From Saccharolobus islandicus REY15A (lineage in GTDB: Archaea > Thermoproteota > Thermoprotei_A > Sulfolobales > Sulfolobaceae), in assembly GCF_000189555.1 (NCBI RefSeq), contig NC_017276.1: 64,000 nucleotides of DNA. One strand, given 5' to 3'. The notes below the pieces were generated by a model, which saw only the letters and a list, made by a program, of their open reading frames with translations, ran no database searches and was not told the origin of the DNA. The position numbers and the translations under genes are program-made. Of this stretch, positions 53,145 to 63,620 are shown piece by piece (within the stretch, counting starts at the first letter, position 1; each line of letters starts with the position of its first letter).

Positions 53145-53660
53145 TTATTTTCTCTTCTTCTTGTTCTGTAAAATTGTATATAAGACTATTGAAAATGTTG
53201 CAACTAGTACCATTACAATAACCCCATTACTGTAAAAAGTGTTTAAGGGTAAAGGAGATGAAGAGGTAGAAATGAATGAAACATTCGTAAGATTTCCACC
53301 AAAATTATTACTGTCGTTTACTTGCACAGAGCTTATTGTAATGTTTGCATAATAACTCCCATTATAAACTATTGAGAATGTTTTGTTAATCAGATAATAA
53401 GGTACAATTATTTCCGAGAAATTGGTGCTATTCTTTATTGCTAATAACTTATCAATAGTTTGAGGTTCTACTGTAAAGTTCTTTACACTTACTACAAATT
53501 TTATACCAATAGTGGAGTTCTCAACGCTTTGAACTAATGGAAAATTCTCATTTACGTTAACATGTATTATATAATTGCCTAGCATAAACGTTTTCGAAAT
53601 TACGGTTATTATCAGTAATAGAAGAAATGAGAATTTCATTACTATCTCTACACTTTTCAC
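53145..53660 (-). CDS. Hypothetical surface protein with N- and C-terminal TM segments
   Basis: Signal-like N-terminus, many N-x-S/T sequons, C-terminal TM + KKKRK. Confidence 0.7.
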   Translation of the reverse strand: MKSVEIVMKFSFLLLLIITVISKTFMLGNYIIHVNVNENFPLVQSVENSTIGIKFVVSVKNFTVEPQTIDKLLAIKNSTNFSEIIVPYYLINKTFSIVYNGSYYANITISSVQVNDSNNFGGNLTNVSFISTSSSPLPLNTFYSNGVIVMVLVATFSIVLYTILQNKKKRK

Positions 53661-53703
53661 TCTTCAATAAAAGGTTTTTTAATATCCCAACATTAATGAA
53701 AAT

Positions 53704-54111
53704 ATGGACATAATAGAACTACTTAAATTTGAACATGGTATATTTAGAATAAGGTTCTATTTTCTAGAAAAAATTGATAATTCTTGGCAGGAATTGGAAA
53801 CATTACATGACTTCATAGTTAATGTTCACGCGAAGATGGAGGACTTGTATGTCTTTAAAGATATACCAGAAGCCAAGCCTTATTCAAACGACCATAAACT
53901 AATTGAGAAGTACGGTGATACGATAATAAAGGAGAAGAGAAAAGATTGGGTACCTAGGTATATGAAAATAGTGTTAGATCATAATCTGAATGAAGAGAAA
54001 TACGTATTTCCGAAGGTAAAAGAAAGAAAAGGTTTGGTCTTAGACATTATAGAACAGTATGGCTTTGAAAACTATCAAAAAATTACTGGTATAGATATAA
54101 GAAATTTCTAA
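53704..54111 (+). CDS. Hemerythrin-domain protein
   Basis: FEHGIFR, VHAKMED..VF, NDHKLI, DHNLNEE..VFP. Confidence 0.8.
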   Translation: MDIIELLKFEHGIFRIRFYFLEKIDNSWQELETLHDFIVNVHAKMEDLYVFKDIPEAKPYSNDHKLIEKYGDTIIKEKRKDWVPRYMKIVLDHNLNEEKYVFPKVKERKGLVLDIIEQYGFENYQKITGIDIRNF

Positions 54112-54386
54112 ATAGTGTAAACAAAGCTACACGTCATGCACCTATATAATCTTTTCTTCTTATTAAGTAATATAGCTCTCGCCGAACCGCATCTAGGACA
54201 GAGCGAGATAGCGACTCTACCCTCTATGGTTTCGCCATCTGCTATTATTGTCTTATCATTTTCATGATTTATATTCTCCTTCAATATCACTTTTTCTACA
54301 TCATGATCAGAATGTCCACACTTACTACAAACCATTTTGTTACCTTTTACCCTCATCAAGGAACCGCATTTAGGACAAAAACGCAT
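54108..54386 (-). CDS. tfs4: TFS4-type transcript-cleavage-factor paralog (RNAP inhibitor)
   Basis: Two Zn ribbons (CPKC..CSKC; CPRC..CMTC); the hairpin tip carries K76-K77-K78 instead of the catalytic DE dyad. Confidence 0.85.
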   Translation of the reverse strand: MRFCPKCGSLMRVKGNKMVCSKCGHSDHDVEKVILKENINHENDKTIIADGETIEGRVAISLCPRCGSARAILLNKKKRLYRCMTCSFVYTI

Positions 54387-54403
54387 GTCTAAAAATGAGT
54401 CTT

Positions 54404-55192
54404 CTACTCATAAAAGCTTGTGGCTAACATACTAACTCCGGGCCAAGGTGTATCATATCCTAGTATCTCAGCCTTCTTTGGTTTAATATACCCTAAGAGC
54501 ATGTGCAGAGTATTTAAATTTCCCTCAGGCATTGCAGTCTGATACTCCTTAGGATAAAGTTCACTAATTTTTAATATTTTCTCAAATTCACCAGATTTTA
54601 TTAGATCCATTAATATCACATCGAATTTTGTAGGTTTAGGAGTTATCTTAAAGTAAAACAAGTCTAACCTATGAGTTGGTGAACCAGTGGCTAAAAACAC
54701 TGCTTTCCTTTTAAGTTTCTCTACTGCTTTCCTAATCTTTTCACCTATTTCATAGTGTGATTCTGGCGAATTGTCAGTAATTGATATTGTCACAACTTTT
54801 GGTTTATACTCGGGAAACATGTAGAAGAGGGGAATCCACGCACCGTGATCTAATCCCCATTTATCATCTTTCACTACTTTTCCCTCAGCGTTTTTCACTA
54901 TTTCTTCAACTAGTTCAGTGTCATTTAACGCGTTATAACAGTATTTATAAGTCTCATCTGGGAAACCGTAATAATCTTGAATACACTCTAGCCTCTCACT
55001 GCTTTCAATATAGAAGGTTTCCGTCCATGAGACGAAATGGGGACTTGAGACTATTATTGTTTCTGGTTTATACTTCTCCTGAATTTCCTTTCCTACTCTT
55101 CTCAATAAGTCCTTCCACTTATTCTCATCAATCAGTATTGTAGGAGAACCATGAGATATAAATAAGCCAATTGTCATTAATAAGAACTCCAA
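54404..55192 (-). CDS. DODA/LigB-type extradiol ring-cleavage dioxygenase
   Basis: [33 protein letters not shown]. Confidence 0.9.
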   Translation of the reverse strand: MEFLLMTIGLFISHGSPTILIDENKWKDLLRRVGKEIQEKYKPETIIVSSPHFVSWTETFYIESSERLECIQDYYGFPDETYKYCYNALNDTELVEEIVKNAEGKVVKDDKWGLDHGAWIPLFYMFPEYKPKVVTISITDNSPESHYEIGEKIRKAVEKLKRKAVFLATGSPTHRLDLFYFKITPKPTKFDVILMDLIKSGEFEKILKISELYPKEYQTAMPEGNLNTLHMLLGYIKPKKAEILGYDTPWPGVSMLATSFYE

Positions 55193-55228
55193 AAATATAA
55201 ATAAAAAATTAAGTTAACTTTTGTTCAC

Positions 55229-56704
55229 TTAAGCTTTAGGATTAGGCATCTGATCGATTATATCCTTAACCAATTTGACGAATTCGTGCTTTCTATCCTT
55301 GAATACCTCAGTATAAGTTTGAGCCCATCTTATTGTGGGATCACCCCTACTGAACCTATCATATTGTTCATATCTCATCCCTGCTTCAGATCCTATAACG
55401 TCCCACAGTAGGTTAAACGTCTTAACTCTTTCTAGGGCATCAAGATCTTTCATTGCCATGTACTTATCCAATAATTTTCTTTCCTCGGGATTTTCAAAAT
55501 CTTTAATACCAGCAGGTATAGGTATTGATGATCCTGCACTAATTAACCTTAATATCTCATTTGCTCTGGGAACTGTCTTCATGTTGAAGTGACTGGCTGA
55601 AATGGAAATATAGGGATCTGGTCTAGTAATATTGGGCAATTCTTGGGCTCTTTCAACTGATGCATAGAGGGCTGCCTCATTTAGAGCTACATATATCAGT
55701 ATCTCACCTATCTTTTCTTGAACGTTAATGAAATTACTGGTGCCAGAAGCTTCAGCAATGGCGATAGCTAAACCAGCAAGGAATTTTAACCTGCTATAAT
55801 GTTGAATTACGAAGTGCCAGTTAAACCATCCCCTTAACTGAACGGTGTGCCACATTAGGTCTTCGATTAACTCAGGCTTCTTGAAGAATATTATTCTTTC
55901 CCAAGGAATTAGGACGTTATCTAACACTAAAATTGCATCGGATTCCTCAAATCTAGAAGATATTGGGTATTCGAATTCTCCTCCTTCCCTAGGCTGGAAC
56001 CCCCTTCTAGACAAGAACTTAACTCCTTTAGTGTTTGTTGGGATAGAGAAGTATATTGCATATCTAGGATCACTATCTCTTCTGACATTTGGTAGATACC
56101 ATAACATCTCCGCATAAGGACCGGCGGTACATATCATTGCGGCTCCTCTTACTACTACACCTTCTGGTTTTTCCTCAACTATTCCCACTTGAATGTATGG
56201 ATCTTCCCATTGAGAAGGTGGTCTAGATCTATCGTACATTGGGGCCACAATTGCGTGAGTATAGAACAAATCTCTCTTTGTAGCTTCTTTGTAAATTTCA
56301 ATCGCATTTTCCATGAACTTTGAACCGAACTGTTTTCCAAAGTAGTCTTCAGCGTGTGCATAGAATACCATTGTCCATAAGTTTAGGTAGTCTGGACTTC
56401 TACCGAAGAATCCCCTATAGTAATCATATATCTTTACTAGGCCATCCCTTAATTTGCCTAAATCTTTCTTGTTTTTAGGTCTTAGAAAACTTATGCTAGT
56501 TTCCTCTCCCACATCAAGGTTATAAATCCTTAGGTACTCCTTATATTTCTCATCCCAATGTAGATCATAATATTTCGCAACAGTAGATATCGGTATTTTA
56601 AATGCTGAATGTTCTGTAACATCCTTTACTACTTCTCCTTCATAGTAAACTACTGGTGGGTTTTCCTTTATACTTTTTATGTAATCTGTTCCCCTTCTTA
56701 TCAT
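55229..56704 (-). CDS. hpaB: 4-hydroxyphenylacetate 3-monooxygenase, oxygenase component
   Basis: [40 protein letters not shown]; start ATG 56704 overlaps the hpaD stop (ATGA). Confidence 0.92.
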   Translation of the reverse strand: MIRRGTDYIKSIKENPPVVYYEGEVVKDVTEHSAFKIPISTVAKYYDLHWDEKYKEYLRIYNLDVGEETSISFLRPKNKKDLGKLRDGLVKIYDYYRGFFGRSPDYLNLWTMVFYAHAEDYFGKQFGSKFMENAIEIYKEATKRDLFYTHAIVAPMYDRSRPPSQWEDPYIQVGIVEEKPEGVVVRGAAMICTAGPYAEMLWYLPNVRRDSDPRYAIYFSIPTNTKGVKFLSRRGFQPREGGEFEYPISSRFEESDAILVLDNVLIPWERIIFFKKPELIEDLMWHTVQLRGWFNWHFVIQHYSRLKFLAGLAIAIAEASGTSNFINVQEKIGEILIYVALNEAALYASVERAQELPNITRPDPYISISASHFNMKTVPRANEILRLISAGSSIPIPAGIKDFENPEERKLLDKYMAMKDLDALERVKTFNLLWDVIGSEAGMRYEQYDRFSRGDPTIRWAQTYTEVFKDRKHEFVKLVKDIIDQMPNPKA

Positions 56705-57651
56705 CCAGACCACCTCTTTAATTGACCCGTGGAAATATCCTCCACGGGAACCCATTCAGTTAACCAAGATTGAGGAATCGGCCTTCCCCAAAAATCACTT
56801 CTATACCTTAATTGATCATAGGTCCAAACTATTGGTTTCCACTTATCCGGATCCAGAACCACGTAATCGTTGGTGAAGAACTCAATTCTATTTTTATCAA
56901 AATCTCTCAAATAAATATAATAACCCTCAGTTACACCATGTCTACCGGGACCCCTTTCTATACTATCCCACAATCCCACTGAGGCTAGAATATCTGGGGC
57001 TTTAATGACATCTTTTACATCATGAACGTAATACGTCTCATGGTGAAATCCCGGAACGTTTTTACTTGACTTCGCTATTGCTATTTCGTGTGAATCCCCT
57101 CTTCTAGTTAACCACACTACTGTCAAATTCCCATCCTTATCCAAGAACCTCTCAGTCTCATAATAACCCATGAATCTCTTAAAGAACTCCAATTCTCTCT
57201 CCAAGTCCTTAACCATATAATTTACGTGGGCTAACCTGACTGGACTCACTCCCCTATGCCTATGAAATGCTAATCTTAAATCGCCTACATACTCCATATC
57301 ATAGTATAGAAGTATTGGGATTCCTTCGGGGGATTCAAATAATAGAGCTTCATTAATACCCTTTTCCCTAAATTTCCTAACCTTATGACCTAGGTTTTCC
57401 AATTCTTCTCTGGCCTTATCTAATTCTTCTCCTTTACTTACCCTAAAGCCTATATACGATAAACCAGCCAAGTTGGCCTTTTTTAGTATTAAGCTATGAT
57501 GCTGACCTTCCTCAATCCCTCTCAAATAAATGTAATCGCCATCCTTTTCTGTCTCCACAAATCCTAAGAGTTCTGAGTAGAAGTATCTCGCCTTATCCAA
57601 ATCGCTAACTCTTATACACACATGAGATGTACGTAAAATGTTGATCATCAA
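56701..57651 (-). CDS. hpaD: Homoprotocatechuate/catechol 2,3-dioxygenase (VOC family)
   Basis: [35 protein letters not shown]. Confidence 0.9.
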   Translation of the reverse strand: MMINILRTSHVCIRVSDLDKARYFYSELLGFVETEKDGDYIYLRGIEEGQHHSLILKKANLAGLSYIGFRVSKGEELDKAREELENLGHKVRKFREKGINEALLFESPEGIPILLYYDMEYVGDLRLAFHRHRGVSPVRLAHVNYMVKDLERELEFFKRFMGYYETERFLDKDGNLTVVWLTRRGDSHEIAIAKSSKNVPGFHHETYYVHDVKDVIKAPDILASVGLWDSIERGPGRHGVTEGYYIYLRDFDKNRIEFFTNDYVVLDPDKWKPIVWTYDQLRYRSDFWGRPIPQSWLTEWVPVEDISTGQLKRWSG

Positions 57652-57686
57652 ACACTATCAAGTGCAAAAAGATAAATTAATTCACT

Positions 57687-57702
57687 ATTAAACTGATTTA
57701 AG
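57687..57702. promoter_or_regulatory. Putative operator box upstream of hpaD
   Basis: ATTAAACTGATTTAAG, 36 nt upstream of the start codon, just upstream of the TATA position. Confidence 0.6.
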
Positions 57703-57703
57703 G

Positions 57704-58171
57704 TTATCTACATAACTTCCAATAATTTCTATTGTAATAGACTAAGGGTGAGAAATTATCTCTAACAACCTTTCCATTAATTACCTCACCAACTACAATG
57801 GTGTGATCACCAATATCAATAGTCTTATACTTCTTAACTTCCATGTAAGCGTAACTGTCAGCCAATACGGGTATTCCATCTAAACCTTCGAAGAACTTTA
57901 CCTCCTTGAATCTCTCCTTTACGGGCTTAAAGGCAAATGTATTGAAGATTTTTTCGTCATCGACAAAATTTACTATAAAACCATTACTCTCGATAAAAGG
58001 TACATCATTACCCTTAGTTTTATCTGCGGTAAACATAACTAATGGTGGATTTAAAGAAAGCGAATTAAATGTGTTGACCGTCATTCCTACTAAATTATCA
58101 CTCCATTTAGTTGTAACTACTACTATTCCTAACGGAAATAATCTCATTATATTCCTTATCGTCTCGCTCAT
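57704..58171 (-). CDS. hpaC: Flavin reductase (HpaC)
   Basis: GMTVNTFNSLSLNPPLV, GDHTIVVGEV, PLVY. Confidence 0.92.
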   Translation of the reverse strand: MSETIRNIMRLFPLGIVVVTTKWSDNLVGMTVNTFNSLSLNPPLVMFTADKTKGNDVPFIESNGFIVNFVDDEKIFNTFAFKPVKERFKEVKFFEGLDGIPVLADSYAYMEVKKYKTIDIGDHTIVVGEVINGKVVRDNFSPLVYYNRNYWKLCR

Positions 58172-58207
58172 GAGAGTATATACTTAAAAAAATTATTTAA
58201 GTTTATC

Positions 58208-58223
58208 ATTAAACTGAGTTGAT
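58208..58223. promoter_or_regulatory. Putative operator box upstream of hpaC
   Basis: ATTAAACTGAGTTGAT, 37 nt upstream of the start codon. Confidence 0.55.
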
Positions 58224-58226
58224 GTC

Positions 58227-59705
58227 TTAGGGTGAAACCTCATCCAATCTCTTATTAGCAGACCTATGTCCTATTGCTATTGCAATTATTGTTGAAATTA
58301 CTTGGAATAAGGCTATTAGCAAAAACACCTCTATTGCCAAAGCTGTAGTGACCCCAGAAGCTATCAGAGAACCTATGAAAGAGGAAATTGCAATGATCCC
58401 TATCCCACCCCCTATATGACCTACACCGTCACATAAGGCGAAACCAGTACTCCTAGCCCTAGTCGGAAAACTCTCAGCAGTCCAAGCGTATGATATTGGA
58501 ACCCATAAATTAAAACCATAAAAGAGAATTATAGATCCTAGGAAAGATAATGCTATGTTAGTACCAGCTATAGCTATTAATAATCCCCCAATTATTGTGA
58601 AGACTACTGAAATGACTGTCCACGTCTTTCTTTCAAGTCTATCTCCAACAAAGAAGGTTGTTATAGGAACTAATATGAAACCTATAACACCTATTGCCGC
58701 AATCATTCCAGCTTCTGGTGGAGCAAATCCCAGTGAGGCTAATACAGATGTTAAACCAGCTGCCAAGGTATAGACGGTCATATAACCAAATAACCACATT
58801 GAGACAAGTATTCCAAACCTCTTTATATAAAGTGAGGAACTAAATATGGTCTTTAATGCATCTAAATAGGAATATCTCTCTGCAATATAAGGCTGAATTA
58901 TATTGGGTAATGGTGGGAGATTACCTAACTTGTCAGTAGCTTTCTTCTCCATCACCTCAACTATCCTTTCAGCTTCAGTTAATTTACCCTTAGATATTAA
59001 CCATCTTGGAGATTCAGGTAAGCTAAACCTTAAGAGCAATCCTATTAAAGTCAATAACGCACCTATCCCGTACATTACTCTCCATCCATTAACCGCAAAG
59101 AACCCACTTCCACCAAGTGCAAACGGTAATCCAAGAGGAAATGGAGCAGAGGGCGTTGTTAAGAACAATCCTAACCATATGCCTAGTGCTGCGCCTAGTG
59201 TTGAAAATAAGAATACTAGACTAGTGTATCTAGCCCTTCCGTTAATGGGAGCTACTTCTCCAATATAAGTATTAACTATTGCTAAATCAGCACCAACACC
59301 AATACCAGTTATGGTCCTTGCTACTAAAAAGTTAACATAATTATTCGCCAATGCGTTATATAAACTGCCAAGGCCTGTAATGATCATAGTTATCATTAGC
59401 ATCCTCCTCCTGCCTATTACGTCAGATATTGGAGAAAGTATAAGGGCTCCTATTATATACCCTACTAGGTTTAATAGGACTATGGGGCCTAGTAATGCTG
59501 GAATCTGAGGAGAAGTTGGATTGCTAACGTGAAATAGCGTTAATGCCGTTTGTATAAATGATACATTTATATCGAAAATGTCATAAAATGTGAAGAGAAA
59601 CCCTATACCTAATATTCCTATAAAAATATATGAAAGTCCCCATATTGGGATTCTATCCATTCTAGCAATCACTTCCCCTGCTTTTACTGCAGCTTTTTCT
59701 GCCAT
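58227..59705 (-). CDS. MFS aromatic acid transporter (AAHS-like)
   Basis: RMDRIP, YDIFDI, SDVIGRR, GVGADL..YIGE, LPESPRWL, ESFPTRAR. Confidence 0.88.
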   Translation of the reverse strand: MAEKAAVKAGEVIARMDRIPIWGLSYIFIGILGIGFLFTFYDIFDINVSFIQTALTLFHVSNPTSPQIPALLGPIVLLNLVGYIIGALILSPISDVIGRRRMLMITMIITGLGSLYNALANNYVNFLVARTITGIGVGADLAIVNTYIGEVAPINGRARYTSLVFLFSTLGAALGIWLGLFLTTPSAPFPLGLPFALGGSGFFAVNGWRVMYGIGALLTLIGLLLRFSLPESPRWLISKGKLTEAERIVEVMEKKATDKLGNLPPLPNIIQPYIAERYSYLDALKTIFSSSLYIKRFGILVSMWLFGYMTVYTLAAGLTSVLASLGFAPPEAGMIAAIGVIGFILVPITTFFVGDRLERKTWTVISVVFTIIGGLLIAIAGTNIALSFLGSIILFYGFNLWVPISYAWTAESFPTRARSTGFALCDGVGHIGGGIGIIAISSFIGSLIASGVTTALAIEVFLLIALFQVISTIIAIAIGHRSANKRLDEVSP

Positions 59706-59739
59706 ATTTGGCCTTTCAAATCAATAATTTAATATTCTA

Positions 59740-59757
59740 TATTAAACTAGTTTAATA
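59740..59757. promoter_or_regulatory. Perfect 18-bp palindrome, putative operator
   Basis: TATTAAACTAGTTTAATA; core begins 36 nt upstream of the MFS start, in the region divergent from the HTH regulator. Confidence 0.65.
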
Positions 59758-59836
59758 AACACACGACTAATAGTATACTATATTATAGTTTCTTATAATA
59801 CATAACATTTATATTTTTAAAGAGTTTAAATAGTAC

Positions 59837-60469
59837 ATGATTAACTTGATTAAACATGTAGATATAGTTGTAAGCCATGAAGATTGTTGGACTTCACACA
59901 TGCCATTTACCGCATATACTATTAATTTAGAAGTTTATCCACATAAGAACTATTTAAGGAGTAGGATTCTTATCGATTCAATGGAAAATAAGGTTATATC
60001 AAACTTAATGAAAACACACAGAAGCGTTATAAAGGTTATGAAGGTAGATAGGTTTAAGGGAGGAACTTATGTGGATTTTTTAAATAAATACAAGGGATCA
60101 ATAGCTGGGGTCCTCTACGATAAGGAAGTGTTGATTCTGGGTAATCTCATAGAAGGTAAAGACGAAAAATGGTCATTTGTAACTTCCAGCAAAAATCTTC
60201 GAGAGATTCTTACTGAGATCGAAAGTTTAGGAAAGGTGAAAAGAGTGGAGACAACTGACTTTAACCCAATTCTCTACCCTAATCTGACTGAATGGGAAAA
60301 GAAAGTGCTTACGGTATCCTATTCCTATGGTTATTTAGACTATCCCAGAAGAGCAACTGCCGATGAATTAGCTGAGCTACTAGGAATAAGTAAAGTAACG
60401 TTCCTCTATCATTTGAGAAATGCCCAAAGGAAGTTAATTGCGTTTTTCATAAAAAACATTTTAGCTTAG
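59837..60469 (+). CDS. HTH-10 (bacterio-opsin activator-type) transcription regulator
   Basis: C-terminal LTEWE.KVL..SY.YGY.DYPRR.T..ELA..LGISK.T..YHLR.A..KL. Confidence 0.9.
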   Translation: MINLIKHVDIVVSHEDCWTSHMPFTAYTINLEVYPHKNYLRSRILIDSMENKVISNLMKTHRSVIKVMKVDRFKGGTYVDFLNKYKGSIAGVLYDKEVLILGNLIEGKDEKWSFVTSSKNLREILTEIESLGKVKRVETTDFNPILYPNLTEWEKKVLTVSYSYGYLDYPRRATADELAELLGISKVTFLYHLRNAQRKLIAFFIKNILA

Positions 60470-62329
60470 GCTCTTCAACGCTTCCTTAAGTTCCTCCATT
60501 ATCCTTATATCGTCCAATGTTGATACATCACCTGGATTCTCGTTAGCTAGGATAGCCTTTAGTAGCCTTCTCATTATCTTCCCGCTTTTGGTTTTAGGCA
60601 GTCTCTTCACAAACACTACTTTATCAACTATGTAACCAGCGTTCCTACAATAGTTCTTAATGTCATTTCTGAGTGCGTCACCAACCTCAACCCCTTGTCT
60701 TGGGACTACAAACGCTATTATGTTACCGCCTTGACCTATTACGGCAGCTTCGGCCACGTTGGGATGAGTTACTATTACACTTTCAACTTCAAGTGTTCCT
60801 ATCCTCTCCCCTTCAGCTCTTATTACATCATCAGCTCTTCCCAGCACGAACAGATATCCATCCTCATCAACATAACCGTAATCTCCAGTGTAGAAGTATC
60901 CTGGGAACCTAGACCAATACTTCTCCTTTATCTTCTCGTAATTGGGATCATTCCACATTTTAGCTAAGGCTGGGTTAAGCGGTTTTAACACTATATAACC
61001 CTTTTGCTTAGGAGGTAATGATTTTCCCTCATCGTCAACAATTAAGAAATATGTTCCTCCTGGGAATTGTATACCAGCTGAACCTGCCTTAAAGGGAATT
61101 TCGCCGATTCCGTAAGGAGTTGCACCAACTGGCGATAAATGCTCTGTCATCCAGTAAGCATCTGCCATCTTAACTTGAGGAAGATTCTGATTTAACCACA
61201 TCCACGCTCCAACGTTTAAAGGTTCTCCTGTATTAAGAATCATTCTTAAGCTTGATGTATCTCCGCTCTTAACTGACTCCTCTCCTAAACTCTTGAGAGT
61301 GTAAAGAGTTGTGGTAGAACTCCAAACTAGGCTTACATTATATCTCTCAATTACTCTCGAGAATAGATCCCTTTTATAACCAACATATCCCTCAAAAAGC
61401 ACACCAGGTATTCCCATTACTGGTATCGTGTATAAATTTGCCATTGGCCATACTGGCCAACCTAATTCTGAAACAGTCCACCAAACGTCATTCTCTGTTG
61501 GGTTAAATATTGCCTTAAAAGCCCAATTGAGTGCTATCACATACCCTCCATTACTATGGTATAATCCCTTAGGTCTTCCCGTAGTTCCAGACGTGTAATA
61601 AACTGTCGCTGGCTCGTTAGCCTCAACTTCCACTGGTTTAACGTAAACTTTCCCTTTAGGTTTCACATCATCATACACAACATCCCTTTTCCCATTAACA
61701 TTAAAATCTGAATATCCCCTCGGCACTGCCAAGACTTTCTGTATAGGTGTAGTATGAGATTCCAAAACTTTATCCACAAAATCCTTAATTCTTATCTCAT
61801 TTCCATTCCTAAACGTCTTTGAAGCAACAATCAATACTTTTGAACCGCAATCATTAAACCTATATGCCACTGTTTCCTCGCTCAAACCTACATAATGTAT
61901 TATTAGAATTGCCCCCAGTCTGTGTGTTGCTAAGGAGAAGTATACAGCTTCTGGTATATTAGGCATTAGCATGGATACCGTATCGCCTTTTTTCACGCCC
62001 AATTCACTTAAGACATAAGCAGCTTTGTTCACTTCTTGATATAAATCTTGGAAGGATATTGACCTAAAACTATCTAATCTTTCATTGGTCCAATAAAATG
62101 CCACCTTATCTTTCTTATCTGGTAAATGCCTATCTATAGCGTTATAGGATATATTTGTGGTTCCTCCAACGAACCACTTCTCGTACGGTGGTTCTCCCTC
62201 AAGTATTTTCTCTGGTTGCCTAAACCAAGTTATGTAATTAGCCTTATCTCGCCAGAAGGCTTCTGGATTTTCCATAGAGAATTTCGCCAATGCTTTAATC
62301 TGATCTAGAGAATATATTTTCCAACTCAT
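60461..62329 (-). CDS. AMP-forming acetyl/acyl-CoA synthetase
   Basis: YTSGTTGRPKG, DAYWMTE, GRADDVI, PKTKSGKIMRR. Confidence 0.92.
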   Translation of the reverse strand: MSWKIYSLDQIKALAKFSMENPEAFWRDKANYITWFRQPEKILEGEPPYEKWFVGGTTNISYNAIDRHLPDKKDKVAFYWTNERLDSFRSISFQDLYQEVNKAAYVLSELGVKKGDTVSMLMPNIPEAVYFSLATHRLGAILIIHYVGLSEETVAYRFNDCGSKVLIVASKTFRNGNEIRIKDFVDKVLESHTTPIQKVLAVPRGYSDFNVNGKRDVVYDDVKPKGKVYVKPVEVEANEPATVYYTSGTTGRPKGLYHSNGGYVIALNWAFKAIFNPTENDVWWTVSELGWPVWPMANLYTIPVMGIPGVLFEGYVGYKRDLFSRVIERYNVSLVWSSTTTLYTLKSLGEESVKSGDTSSLRMILNTGEPLNVGAWMWLNQNLPQVKMADAYWMTEHLSPVGATPYGIGEIPFKAGSAGIQFPGGTYFLIVDDEGKSLPPKQKGYIVLKPLNPALAKMWNDPNYEKIKEKYWSRFPGYFYTGDYGYVDEDGYLFVLGRADDVIRAEGERIGTLEVESVIVTHPNVAEAAVIGQGGNIIAFVVPRQGVEVGDALRNDIKNYCRNAGYIVDKVVFVKRLPKTKSGKIMRRLLKAILANENPGDVSTLDDIRIMEELKEALKSLS

Positions 62330-62429
62330 GTTATCATATACATTTGTAAATTAAAAATTATATATACCTTTCGTTCAATAATGATAGATTGATATAAGAT
62401 TTAAAAGTTATTAAATGTAGGATAAATAT

Positions 62430-63545
62430 ATGAGCGAAAAAGAGCTTTTTATAGAATCACTGAGGGAATTCCTCAAAAGAGATGTTGAAAAAATAGCAAC
62501 TAAAATAGACAAAGAAGATTACTACCCTAGAGATTTAGTTAGGAAACTCGGAGAGTTAGGCTTTCTAATCCCTTTAACTAATGGACTTTCACACTACGAT
62601 ATGATGACAATTTTAGAAGAAATTGCCAAGGTTAGCGGGTCCTTAGCGTTAATTGCTGACGCTCAAGGAGAATTGGCTGGCGAAATGATTAGATTATATG
62701 CAGACGAAAGACAAAGGAAGGAGTTTCTAGAACCGATGAGTAAGGGAGAGATGATAGGTAGTTTTGCCCTAACTGAACCTTCTGGTGGAAGTGATATAGG
62801 CTCCATGAAGACTTTCGCTGAGAAAAGAAATGGATTATGGAGAATAAAAGGACATAAGATGTGGATAACTCAAGGACTTTACGCTGATATTTTCGTCACA
62901 GTTACGAGAACTGGCTCATCTAGGCATGATTTATCCGTTTTCATAGTGCCTAGGGGTAATTGCGTTGAGACTAGAAAAATAGAAGTCATGGGTAATAGGG
63001 GAACTGGAACTGCTGAGGTAATCTTTCATGATTGTGAAGTGTCAAAAGATTACGTAGTTGGAGAAGTAAATAATGGGTGGAATATGGTAAATTCAGTACT
63101 AGAGATAGGGAGACTTGCTATATCTGGGATTGCAATAGGTTTGGCTGAGGCTGCGTTGGAAGAAGCTCTTAAGTGGGCTAGATCTAGAACAGCATTTGGC
63201 AATTCAATTTATGATTTTCAAGGGATAAGATGGTACTTCGCCGATTCCGTAGCTAAACTCAACGCGGTAAAATCAATGGCTAAGGATGTTAGCAATAAGT
63301 TTGATGAGAATTCAAAGGATAAGGGAGTTTACGTAGCAATGTTAAAGCTATTATCGGCGATTATCGCTAACGAAATAGTCGATATCTCCTTGCAAGTATT
63401 TGGTGGTATGGGTTACGCTAAGGGAACCACTATTGAACGAATATATCGTGATGCCAGATTACTTAGGATAGGTGAGGGAACTGATGAAGTACAAAGACAC
63501 ATTATTGCTAAATATATTGAACGGTATGGAATACCGTATATTTAG
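62430..63545 (+). CDS. Acyl-CoA dehydrogenase
   Basis: FALTEPSGGSD, GHKMWITQG, R..FG..I..FQG, QVFGGMGY, IGEGTDEVQ. Confidence 0.95.
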   Translation: MSEKELFIESLREFLKRDVEKIATKIDKEDYYPRDLVRKLGELGFLIPLTNGLSHYDMMTILEEIAKVSGSLALIADAQGELAGEMIRLYADERQRKEFLEPMSKGEMIGSFALTEPSGGSDIGSMKTFAEKRNGLWRIKGHKMWITQGLYADIFVTVTRTGSSRHDLSVFIVPRGNCVETRKIEVMGNRGTGTAEVIFHDCEVSKDYVVGEVNNGWNMVNSVLEIGRLAISGIAIGLAEAALEEALKWARSRTAFGNSIYDFQGIRWYFADSVAKLNAVKSMAKDVSNKFDENSKDKGVYVAMLKLLSAIIANEIVDISLQVFGGMGYAKGTTIERIYRDARLLRIGEGTDEVQRHIIAKYIERYGIPYI

Positions 63546-63620
63546 TTACTTTCGATCCTTTCATAGGTAAGGCTAAAAAGCTTTAATAAGTACGTCAAGA
63601 GAATATATTTGGGGACTTTT

